Shown: piece after piece, positions 52,845-64,000 of the stretch
How positions within the stretch are numbered: the first letter of the stretch is position 1
Layout of the letters: each line of letters starts with the position of its first letter
Assembly (NCBI GenBank): GCA_038087875.1
Contig: JAXLNO010000146.1
Coordinates: forward strand, 434,001 to 498,000
Length of the DNA: 64,000 nucleotides
Source: Malacoraja senta
Taxonomy: Eukaryota
Direction of reading: 5' to 3'
Program-made: the position numbers and the translations under genes
The notes under the pieces: model-generated
Databases searched by the model: none
What the model was told of the DNA's origin: nothing
The model's input: the letters and a program-made list of their open reading frames with translations, nothing else

Positions 52845-54240
52845 GCAGATTGTGCTTAATCAGCTGCCGTAGGAAGAACATCCTCTGTTGTGCCTTTTTG
52901 ACTGTGGAGTCAAAGGTAGCCCCCCACTTAAGGTCATTGGAGATGACGGTTCCCAGGAACTTAAAAGACTCCACAGATGTGACTGTGGTGTTGTTGAGGG
53001 TGAGTGGGGCGAGGGGAGGGGAGCTCTCCTAAAGTCTGCAATCAATTCCACTGTCTTAAGAGCATTGAGCTCCAGGTTGTTGCTACGGCACTAGGACGCC
53101 AGCTGTGACACTTCCTGTCTGTAGGCAGATTCCTCCCCATCCTGGATCAGTCCAATCGGGGTTGTGTCGTCCGCAAACTTGATAAGCTTGACAGAGGTGT
53201 CTGTGGAGATGCAGTCATTGGTGTAGAGAGAGTAGAGGAGAGGGGGGAGTACGCAGCCTTGCGGTGCTCCTATGCTGAGCGTTTGCGGGTCCGATATGTG
53301 CTTTCCCAGCCTCACATGCTGCTTCCTGTCTGTCAGAAAGTTGGTGATCCACCGACAGAGGGGTTCAGGCTCAGTCAACTCGGAAAGTTTGGAGTGTAGT
53401 AGCTCTGGCACAATGCAGAGCTAATATCAACAAATAAAATCCTCGCAAAGGTCTCCTGGCGTTCTAGGTGCTGGAGGATGCAGGCCCAGATTGACTGCGT
53501 CATCCACAGATCTATTGGGCCAATATGCAAACTGCAGGGGGATTGTGATATTTTTCAGCTTGGCCAGCACAAGCCTTCCGAGTGTCTTCATGACTACAGA
53601 GGTCAGTGCGACAGGCCTGTAGTCATTAAGACAAGTAATCCTTGCCTTTTTGGGTACAGGGACAATAGTGGGGACTTTGAAACAGGCAGGGACAGTACAT
53701 GTTTGCAGGGACTGGTAAAAAATGTCTGTGAGATTTCCGGCTTTTCTGTCTTCTGAAAAGCCTCTTCACCTCCTCTATTTTTATTGTTGATGAAGTGATG
53801 TTGTTCAGCAAGGAGGGAGTGGGTAATTGGGTGTGAAGTCGTGATTGGAGTGGGGTGGGTTTAGAAGGGTCCAGTCTTTGCAGACTGAGGTCAGGCTGTG
53901 AGTGGGTGTGAAGTGTTGGTTGGGGTGGGAAAGGGTCCATTGTTTGCAGACTGGGGTCTGGCTGTGTTTGTTGGGGAGGGGGTACCAGGGTTACGTTTCT
54001 GATTTTCAAACCTGCAGTAAAATTCATTCAGTTCGTTGGTCAGCTGACGATTATCCAAAGAGCGGGAGGCTTTCCTCTAATAGCTGGTGATTTCTTGCAT
54101 GCCCTTCCGAACTGAAGAAGAGTCACTGGCTGAGAACTTGCACCTCAACTTCCCAGAGTACCTTTTCTTGGCAGCTCTGATTCCTCTTCTCAGCTCTTTA
54201 TCGATTAGGCTATCTTTTAACTCTTTAACGATTAGGCTAT
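52845..54240 (-). mobile_element. L2/Rex1-Babar-like LINE RT fragment
   Basis: WITNFLTDRKQHV, GAPQGCVLPPLLYSLYTNDC, KFADDT; exact clade not resolved. Confidence 0.8.
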
Positions 54241-54292
54241 CGGCTTGACGCATATTTGCTTTCTCCTTTCTCCCTCCCACGCAACGTTGGAA

Positions 54293-54600
54293 GGCCCGCG
54301 GCGGCGGAGGGGGGGGAGAGGCGAGGGTCCGCAGCGGGGGTGGGGGGGAGGCGAGGCTCCGCGGCGGGGGCGGAAGGAGAGGCGAGGGTCCGCGTGAGGG
54401 GTAGAGGCGAGTGTCCGCGGGGGGAGGGGCGAGTGTCCGGGGGGGGGGGAGAGGCGAGTTTCCGCGGCGGGGGGGGGAGAGGCGAGTGTCCGCGTGAGGG
54501 GGAGAGGCGAATGTCCGCGGCGGGGGCGGGGGGGGGGGGGGTGAGAGGCGAGGGTCCGCGGCGGGGGAGAGGCGACGATCCGTGACGGGGGTGAGGGGTG
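54293..54600. repeat. G-rich ~25-30-bp minisatellite (GAGAGGCGAG(G/T)GTCCGCGGCGGGGG)
   Basis: About 10 degenerate units with G-runs. Confidence 0.85.
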
Positions 54601-54994
54601 ACGTGGGCGGAAGATGGCGTGTGTCCTGTGTCTATTGTTGCAGGCTATATTTTCTTTCACTGCGAGTTTTAAGTTACTGCCTCTGATGATTCTACTGTTG
54701 ACCGGAAGGTGTCTGGTTGTCGGAATATTACAGGGAACAAACAGAACAATAGAAAGAAAAGTGTATTCAAATGACGCATTGTCGTATATGCTATCATCTG
54801 TTTTTTATTATCCGTGAACATCTTATTCATTAAGAAGTTTCTGTTCGCTCTAATGTACAAGGATATATATTTTCATTATAATAACTGCAAAGGTCCGTTT
54901 CATGTGGTTATGGCGGTAGATATTTTATCTCACAAAAGTTTAACAGTATCGACATGAATCAATCTTGATTGAAAGGTTGGATGAAAGGTTCGGA

Positions 54995-55312
54995 CGGTCA
55001 CGGTTGGTCTGCGACAGAGTTGCTGCCTTACAGCGAATGCAGCGCTGGGGACCCGGGTTCGATCCCGACTAAGGGCGCTGTTTGTACGGAGTTTGTACGT
55101 TCTCTCCGTGACCTGCGTGGGTTTTCTCCGATTTATTCGGGTTTCCTCCCACACTCCAAAGACGTACAGGTTTGTAGGTTAATTGGCTTGGAAAATGTTT
55201 ATAAAAAATTGTCCCTTGTAGGATCGTGTTCATGTGCGGGGATCGCTAGTTGGCACGGACCCGGCGGGCCGAAGGGCCTGTTTCCGCGCTGTTTCGCTAA
55301 AACTAAACTGTA
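54995..55312 (+). mobile_element. tRNA-derived SINE of V-SINE/HE1 type
   Basis: B box GGTTCGATCCC; central GGAGTTTGTACGTTCTC..GCGTGGGTTTTCTCCG..GTTTCCTCCCACACTCCAAAGAC; (AAACT)n tail. Confidence 0.85.
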
Positions 55313-55589
55313 CAAATTTAAAAAATAATCTCTATTTCAATAACACACACCATTCGCTTCATGTATTATTATGCAAAAATATGATTATTAATCTGGGGCA
55401 ATGCAAGAAGGTATTTTAAGAGAAATGCCACATGCGTTTCTTGCAGACGATAATTGTTATTTCGTATAAAGTATTAAAAATCGAAATGATTGTTCAAAAT
55501 TGAATATATTTCCAAGGGAAGGATCATTGTAAAAATTGTTAGCATACGTTCTGAAATCTGTAACATAATGTTTGCAGCAAGGAGAAAGG

Positions 55590-56610
55590 AAAAGTTGTGC
55601 TCCTGATGGATGTCCTCTTTGTTGAGTAATCGTAGTATCCCCGCTGCTATGATGGGTGCATCCTAACCCACATCTCCTCTGCGTCTTGCAGTTCTGCTCT
55701 CGCTCCCCTTGCCTCCGCACGGAACTACAAAATGGTTCCCCGGGTCCTTAAATTTCAGCCACCTGCCTCCTTATCCAACACATTATTCTCCATATCTACC
55801 CCACACATCTTCCCATCCCCACTACCTCTCGGCTTCCATAAAGACCGCTCTCCCTTATTCGTTTGCAGCCTAACCACCCTCTCCCCAGGTACCATCCCCT
55901 ACAGCACAGGAGATGTAACACCTGCCATCATGCCTTACATCCGTCCAATGCCACCAGAAGTCCTTCTACGTGAGAGAGAGGTTCGCATGCACCTCCACTG
56001 ACGTCATCTGCTGTTTTTGGTGCTCCCGATGTGGACGCTTTACTTCGGCAAGACCAAGCATTGATGAGCCGACCATCTCACCGAATACTTGCTCTCGGTC
56101 GGGGAGGTGAACACCATATACCGGTTATTAAACATTAAAACTCGAATACCCATTCCAACATGCATTCGTGTATTTGGCCTCCTTCATTGTTAGAGTAATG
56201 CCACACGTAAGTGTTGGAACACCATCTCATATTCCGCTTGAATATTTTACAAATTAACGGTATGAGCACTGAACCCTTCAATATTTGGTAACTAACCGAA
56301 ACTACTGCTCCCCCCTTCGACCCCCACCCTCTACCCCCTGCAATTCGCCCCAACAGCCTTCGCACTCGTGTCTTCCTTCCCTCTATCCACGTGAAACCAT
56401 CCGCCGAAACCCCCTTCACCTATCCACCACCATGCCAGACTTTGTCCCAATCACAACTCTCTTCCATCTTTCTACACAGGAACAAGCACAATCAGTGTGA
56501 AGAATTCCCTGACCAGAAGAGTTAACGAACTATGTTCTCCAAAGGTACTGTACGACGCTGTAAATTACACCAGCAACTTGTGTCTACAATATCTGCAGTT
56601 TCTTGTGTCT
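55590..56610 (+). mobile_element. Decayed Penelope 3' region (GIY-YIG and terminal repeat)
   Basis: Collinear with the reverse complement of 20500-21250 (..CTSTDVICCFWCSRCGR..FGKTK..; ends ATCTGCAGTTTCTTGTGTCT). Confidence 0.7.
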
Positions 56611-56899
56611 TCATATGTGTGAACGTATTGGATTAGTTGTTAGCCCGTGTTAAACGAATCCAGTTATAGCACCACTTTCCCTGATGATTTTCAACGTACA
56701 CGACAATTGATCTTCCGCTTTTTTCATCCCCCGTCTCTCTCGGGTAAGAGGATTTCCACAGTAATCTTGAACGTACTTCACAGCTTTCTATATATTCCCC
56801 CAATTAATTACGCTCTGTCACATTTGATCTGATGACGATCATTTGCTTAATATTTTTCACCGTATGACGTCTCCCACCGCCTCCACACCAACCATCGAT

Positions 56900-57135
56900 C
56901 ACCCTGGCAAACTTGGTCTGTGTTGTCCCACTTTGCCCATTCAGATGCCACAAACAGGAGGCAACTTACAGATGCCAATTAACCTACCAACTTGAAAGTC
57001 TTTGTGATGTGGGAAGAAGTCGGAGCATACAGTGGAAACTGCAGTCACATTGAGGATGTGCAAATTCCAGACAGATATCATCCGATGTGAATGTCAAACT
57101 TGGGTCAAGAGCTCGGTGAGGCAGCAACTCTCTTC
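56900..57135 (-). mobile_element. Older V-SINE-type copy
   Basis: GCCAATTAACCTAC..GTCTTTG.GATGTGGGA..GAGGCAGCAACTCT is the reverse complement of the SINE at 54995. Confidence 0.65.
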
Positions 57136-57352
57136 CGCCCATTACTCAGCTCACCCACTCTGTGCAAACTACTGAATGTCGCATAGTCATATTGGAACGA
57201 GCCAGGCTATGTAAATATCCATCTCCCTTTTCATTCTCTATAGCTTTACAGTATCGACAGGTTTTGACAGGCTTTCCAAAGATGGCAGGAGTCCCCTTTC
57301 AATTTGAACGTACTGCGGGCATATTAAGGTGACATCTCGCCATACACCATTA

Positions 57353-60300
57353 CTAGTAAGATTAAACGAGAACTTACCAGTTTGAAGTTTGATCTTTATT
57401 TTATGAGGAGTTACTTTGGTGATTAAGTGAAGAAGACCCGTCAGGGCGCATGCGCGTCAATCTTCAAAGCAGCGGTATGAAATCACAGACAACACAATAA
57501 TTGAAGTAAACTATTAAGATGAGGAACACGAGAACTACCATTATGACCCTTTTTATGAGAGAGGGTTGGGCGTGGCGGGCACGTAATCACCAACGTAATT
57601 CCTCATAAAATAAAGATCAAACTTCAAACTGGTAAGTTCTCGTTTAATCTTACTATTTTACTTCGGAGTCACGTGAGTGACTACGTGAAGATTTCAAAGC
57701 TCTGTGATTTCATGCCGCAGATCAAAATCCCGGCTTCTCACTGCATTGATTGACTCTGAGTATAATCAATAATGCTGTAAACATGACACTGATATCATGC
57801 AATAACAGTTTTACTTTAGTCATAAAACAAACAATAAGCCCTCTAACTTAGGGGCAAAATGAAAACAGAATTAAACAGAATTGAAACAGAATTAAACAGT
57901 ATTAACAGAACTTAATATCTGTTGGCAAACAGCCCTCCATCGGCAATTGACCGATGGTAGTATTGCTGAAACACAAGTTCATTTTGCCTCCCTGCGGCTT
58001 TTAGTATATGGTCGATGGGAACGTCCATCGCCCTGGCCGCCGATGTTGCTGCTGCCCTAGAGGAATGAGATGTAAACACATCCGTGTTAATTCCTGCATG
58101 AACCAACACTTGCTTTAACCACCTTGAGATAGTCTGAACTACCACTCTTTTATGTGGCTTCTTGTAGCTGATAAATAATCCTGTTTCTTCATGTCTTAAA
58201 GCCCTTGTGGCTTCAATGTAATGTAACACATGTGTCCTTACACATAAACTTGGATCTGTAGGATATGCTGAGAACACAATCTTAAATCCTGTCACACCTG
58301 GCCTACTTTGTTTGAGCAGGTCATAAATATAAAACATAACATTCTTTGCAGTGACTTCCATTCTATCTAACTGAAGTTTTTGCAAAGTCTGCACCCTCTG
58401 TGCTGAAAACCAATGCCATTAGCATAGCCAATTTTATGGTTAATTTTGACAAAGTCATAGACGTGACAGGGACCCAATGATGAAGCATGTTAAGAACAAC
58501 ACTTACATCCCAGATAACCATATACCTAGGTTTGGAGGTTTGGAATTAAAGATTCCTTTCATCAACCGAGATATGAGAGGGTGTGAGCCTATACCTTCTG
58601 TCCGTGTACCTATTACAAGATATGAGGACAAAGCACTTCTAGCTGTACTGATAGCACTATAACTGAGACTCTCATCATAATAGAGTGTGCATAAAAACTC
58701 GAACACATTTTCAATAACTACAGTATTATATTAAATATTCTTTTCAACACAATATTGTTCCCATTTTTTTACATAAGTAATATACTGCTTTTGAGTACTC
58801 TCTCTCCAGGCTGCAGTGAGCATATCCACCGTTCGCCGAGAAAGTCCTCGACCCAGGTAAGGCCTTCTTAAAACCTGCAAATTAACAGATCAATGCGATC
58901 ACATAACGGATGAATTTCACGCGTTACCGGATGCTCCAGTAAATTCCTACTCTTTGGAATCAGCAAAGGAGGTTGGGTCGCTATCTGTAACATCAAAGGG
59001 AACCATGGTTGAGTTGGCCAATTTGGTATCACCAACACCCCTGAAGCGGCATCCTGCTTGATTTTTTGCAGACACCGACCTATGAGGCAGAATGGTGGAA
59101 ACATGTACACAAAACATATTACCCCAATTTAGCGAAAAAGCATCAATTGCCACTGCCCCTGGATCTGGTTCCCATGAAACATATTTTGGCAGCTGGTGGT
59201 TAAGCCTGGATGCAAACAAATCGATATCTGGCATTCCATATGCAAGTACTATGTCCTTGAACACGTCCTGGTTCAACATCCACTCTGTATAATCATGGAA
59301 TTTTCGTGTCCTGGCATCTGCTACTATATTGAGTTTTCCTGGCAGATAGATAGGCTGAAATCCAAATATCTCTATCCTTACACCACGTCCAAATTTGATT
59401 TGCCAACCTGTCACATGATAACGATTTGATTCCACCCATATGATTAATATACGCAACTGCTGTAGTGTTGTCTATTTGACACTGAACATGCAAGCTAGTT
59501 TTGTTAGCGCAATAAGCCTTAAGTCCATAAAATACTCCTAAAGCTCTAAATGGTTAATTCCCCATGTTTGCAGAAGCAATGACTCTTGCTCAGTCCATCT
59601 GCCTCCACAGCTGGATCTAGTATCATTAGCACCCCCAAGTGCACTGACATCTGTCTGCAAAATCATGGAAGCTTGGTCCAATAACACTTTGGAACTACTA
59701 GTGGACACATGCTGAATCCACCATTGTACATCAGCAACAGCCTCTACTGATAGATGCATAGGCCTATTATAATGACCCAAATGTATCCTCAGTGCTTGTT
59801 CCTTTGACCTTTGTAATTGTTGATAATGAAGTGGCCCATATTGAACTGCTGGAAATGCTGCCACTAATTTCCCAAGCAGACTTGCCACCTGTCTAATTGA
59901 AGGCTGTGTGTCAGCAATTAACTTGATACAGCTCTCAATTAGCTCTACCCTTTTTTGCCTGGGCAAGGTCACAATCATGTTGATTGAGTTTATTGTGAAT
60001 CCCAAATAGTCAATTTGTGTCACAGGTGCTAATTTAGATTTCTCTGGATGGTTTATGAAGCCCAATCTTTGAAAAGTGGTTTTAACGACTGCCACTGATG
60101 CTTCAGCTGTTTCCTTTGATTGTCCTACAATCAAGATATCATCAAGTGAGCCATGAGTACATGGCCTTGACTTCTCATCATGCCTAGAATAGGTTTTAAC
60201 AACTTTGTAAACACTCTAGGAGCTGAAGACAAACCATTAGGCAGTGCATTGTATTGCCATAATTGCCCCATCCAGCTGAATTTTAAATATCTTCTATCCT

Positions 60301-62036
60301 GCAAATGAACAGACACTGAGTAATACGCATCTTTAAGATCTATAGTTGCCATATAGCATCCTTTGGAAAGAAGTTGCTTAGCAGTCACAAACGTTTTCAT
60401 CTTAAAATGTCTATACCATACAAAAGGGTTAAGACTAGTCAGGTCCAAGATAATTCTGCATCCCCCATCATTGTTTGGTCTGGGAAAAATATTGGACAAC
60501 CACTGTTGGCTTTGGAAAACTGCCTCAGCAATTACACCTTTATTACATAAGCTTTCAAGTTCCACCTGAACTTCCAATTGTTCAGTGATACTGAACTCAA
60601 AACTCCTTTTTGGCCCATGTTGCATGGGTAAATCAGAATTTGCATTAAACTCTATTCGAAATCCTTCAATAACATTCAGTATAAACATATCTGAGGTAAT
60701 TTGTTTCCATTCCTCTAAGAACAGATGTAATCTTCCTCCAAATCTTAATTGCATTACATTTGATCTGTCTACATGAGAACCAGACCCACATCCTCCTTAC
60801 CACCTGGAGTCCTTCCCCGGCCTCGAGCTCGATACCCCACCTTTCCTGGCGCTGCAACAGCCGAACGCCAACTGGGCTGCATGGTCGCTCGACTCGTCAC
60901 TTGCCCGGACTAGTCTCCACGCTTGTAGGGATATTTTCGTTTTGGTGGATGTGTGGCTGCTGGCTACTTAATTAAGCCCAACGTCTTGGCCTCCTCCTCC
61001 AGCTCCTTCGCCTTCTTTGCGAAGTCCTCGCCAAAGAGTAGATTAGCCTGTTGCACTGCACAGTAGCCCCAACACCTCTTGTTGCAAATTTGTCATGTCC
61101 TCACCATCAACCATTCTGGCAAAGATTGTTATGCCAGACCCCAGCAACTTTAAAATATGCTGCAACTTCATCTCCTGGGCTCTCATTGCTATGCCCATCT
61201 GGCCCCAAATCATCCTATTTACAACAGGAACTTTCAACAGGCCACAGTTGACTGGGGCTTCATGTTTCCTGACAGTCTCGTCGATGGTCAGCTCCTGTAG
61301 CTGATGTGAGACAAGGTAATTGATGCTGGTGGCGAGTTCCTCACCCAGAGGCTCACCAGCTTCCGATGACATGGCAAACCGTGCTGCCAAAGGTGTCAAC
61401 TCTGGCAGCTGCCTTTCTTCCCGTTCAAACTCGTCATCGGAGTCAGGGTCAGAGCTCATCTGCCCTTCTGCACTCACCTCTTGAAAGAGGGTGCCTTCAA
61501 GCAGCCCTCTACCAGGTGCTGCCGGTGGAGCCTTCCCCACGGCCTGCCGCCCACACAACTCCTCCTGGAGTGTGCCTTTGTGGAGCAATTCCTGTATGAC
61601 TTGCTCCATTTGGGTTAACCGCTGGGTAACGGTATCCTGTCCCGGACGGGACTCTTCCTGGCCCGACTCTGCTGAGTCAATGGGCCTGACAGACTTGGCT
61701 TTTGCCTTCCGCCCGACTGGCGTTGGCTGTGTACCTTGCTGGGTACATTGGACTGCCAAGTCTGCACCCGCTCCGCTCCCGGGTTGCGACTCCCCAGAGG
61801 TAACAGGCTGCCGTTCAGAGACTGCACTCCCGCAGCTCTCTCTCACCTTGTCCGCAGCTCGCCTGCACCTCGTTGATTTTTCCATGCTCCTGTAAATTTT
61901 TAGGGACAAAAAATACAGCAGCACTTTATTCTCCTAACTAACTCCTCCAAAGTCTCCCCGACTTTGGTGGAGCTTTTAAATTACTCACCTACAGGAGGAG
62001 CACCTCTTCCTGCTGTCACGTGACTCCGAAGTAAAA
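57353..62036 (-). mobile_element. DIRS1-like retrotransposon, copy 2 (related subfamily, frameshifted)
   Basis: Same termini (TAGTAAGATTAAACGAGAAC.. / ..GTGACTCCGAAGTAAAA); ICR ~57579-57690; gag 61885-~60800, RT (IDLKDAY, ALPNGLSSAP), RNase H, MT (DLFASRLN, FPPF), YR (HSSRAA). Confidence 0.93.
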
Positions 62037-62689
62037 TTACATTTCCTCGTTCCCTTTTCCATATTCATTTCCACCTGCTTCTATCTCCAATCGGATGAGC
62101 CGTGACGCGCATGTCTAAAGCACCCTCGATATCCGATACCAATACCACGTCCGTCCATGAGTCTCCCCTGCTCCTCATTTTACCATAAGCTCTCTCCGCT
62201 TAGTAGATTCGGTCATTCAGTCCACTATGGAACTGCAAATATGCAGATGTTCCAATGAGATTTCATTGACCTGAAACGCTTTCTCTGATCCACTCTCCTC
62301 GGATATAGCATGACATGCGAGTATTCTCATTGGTTTCCCTTTTCACTCAAGAACCAGTGTTCCCACTGAACATTGGACGAACACGTCCACTTCCCAAACC
62401 GCCGCTCTCCCGCTCGCACACAAACGGACTAACACATCTTAAGTTGGTGTGAAAAATAATTTGTGTTAAAATAAACAAACATTTTCTGAAATATTTATTT
62501 CAAGTAAAACAAATTGCGAAATAGTGCCTGTGATTTGGATATGCTTTTTCGGGATACGAATATATATGGCAGCGATGTAAACAGGTAAAACGCGAATATA
62601 TTACCCATTACAAATTTAGGTCTGTGCATCGTAAATTAAAATTCCAGTTGAATGTGCATATGTCCCCTGAGTTTATCAAGCTGTGTATT

Positions 62690-63573
62690 TTACTTCAATA
62701 ATTTAGAAAGTAAAACAAGAGGCCGTTTAATCATTATCTTCATTTCATCTCTGCAGTTTCGTTGAGACGCAGCATAAAGGAACGTGTTTGGACAAGTGCT
62801 TAAAACTCTTAACTGGAATCCAGTTTCTTCTGCAACGGCGAATGATCTCTGTAATCAGATTTCATCAGTTGATTATCGGTAAAATGTAGAGCAACAAAGC
62901 AAGCCAAATTTACCGTCCACAATAGAAGGAAACTACCAGATATCGCGAGTAGTAAAATGAGCGATTCTCAATTTCTTGATCCATCCGGCACTTCTCAATT
63001 TCGTTTCCCCGTAGTTTGTTTCTGATTCTGTTCGCCCGTATAATATGACTTATTGTTAAGGCGTTGAACTGGAAGATCAACACAAATGGTAGAAATTGTG
63101 TTAAGATGGTCTCTAACTATAAGAATGCAGCCCAGATAGGTAAATTATAGAAGCTTGATTTTGCAGTGCAGTACCAGGGCACATTGTCAATTATTTCACG
63201 TGGTTCAAGTAAGAAGAAAACCGGCATATTTTCAACAATGCATAATAAACAAACGATCGTTATAACCGTTGTTGAATTTTTTTCAGTGCAGTACTTAGTT
63301 TTTAACGACTGACAACAAATAGAAACAAATCGATCAAAGGTAAACGAAACAGTCAACCAAACGGAACAATCAATAGCAATATCATATTGAGACGGCAGAT
63401 TGGAGTGTAATGTAGGACTGAACGTAGAAAAAAGGCATCATTAATCTCAAAAAGTATTGGACCAAATATCAGATGCGATAGGTTAGCTGCCGCCATCCAT
63501 ACTAGATATCGGGTGATGCATATGGAGAGCCCACACTTTCCGGTGGACAGGATGGAGATTGTCAATATATTAG
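62690..63573 (-). pseudogene. GPR139/GPR142-like GPCR paralog, exon 2, disrupted
   Basis: Acceptor CTTTATTCTTTGCAG|; ANILTISILSTGKCGL, TVSFTFDRFVSICCQSL, EPREIIDNVPWYC, FLYAASQRN; frameshift at ~63380, TAG at 63117, further indels at 62860-63000; exon 1 not found in the window. Confidence 0.88.
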
Positions 63574-64000
63574 CTGCAAAGAATAAAGGGAATTGCATCA
63601 AAACTTATCTTGTAAATTGTCTTTCTTCCACATGTTGCATTATTTCCATTGCTCATTGATCCAAAGTTTTTCATCAAATCTATGGAATGAATAATAATCA
63701 GGATACGGTTTCTAACTCATGCCTATTACCCATAATGTATGCTCGAAATGGGGCATACACGAAATGGGGCTATTACAGTAACCAACGTAATTAGGGACTT
63801 TTGGTTATCTTTCAAATTTCCTCTATCTCCCCCTGAAGCCCAAAAACCAATCAAATCTGTTTAACCTTACCCACTGCCTCGAGGATATATAGTGTTGGAT
63901 GGCCCAGAACGTCCTCCAATTAAACGAGAGTAAGTCTGAGGTCATCCTTCACGGCTCCTCGGACTCAATCAAAATGATAGCAGGCAGCCTTGGAAGCCTT

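Noticed and set aside
55000..55075. Possible tRNA gene
   Set aside because: The B box is part of a SINE head; no complete cloverleaf, and SINE body follows

Overview
Eukaryotic, repeat-dense vertebrate DNA. It is most likely from a cartilaginous fish (skate/ray), inferred from the V-SINE/HE1-type SINE, abundant CR1 LINEs and GPR139-like receptors. Host genes: one apparently intact two-exon GPR139/GPR142-like class A GPCR (+; exon 1 39597-39666, exon 2 47092-48029, ~335 aa) and a convergent pseudogenised paralog (-, 62690-63573). Most of the rest is nested mobile DNA: many CR1 copies (one near-intact inside the GPCR intron), a near-intact full-length L1 plus a fragment, two DIRS1-like tyrosine-recombinase retrotransposons, Penelope elements with hammerhead-like motifs, a Harbinger-type MITE, SINEs and a 1.3-kb CA-type microsatellite. 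Three structures are largely invisible in the ORF track. (1) A family of non-autonomous Helitrons (5' TC, 3' hairpin + CTAG, A|T insertion, no TSD) shares a GC-box/TATA promoter-like module, but each copy carries a different tandem array. (2) A gamma-type retroviral env pseudogene (CWxC motif, ISD-like segment, TM anchor) is split by ~6.8 kb of nested insertions and can be rejoined almost to the nucleotide. (3) An inversion with a breakpoint inside a Helitron has placed the two halves of one CR1 on opposite strands. All calls are by eye, without database searches, and many element boundaries are approximate.
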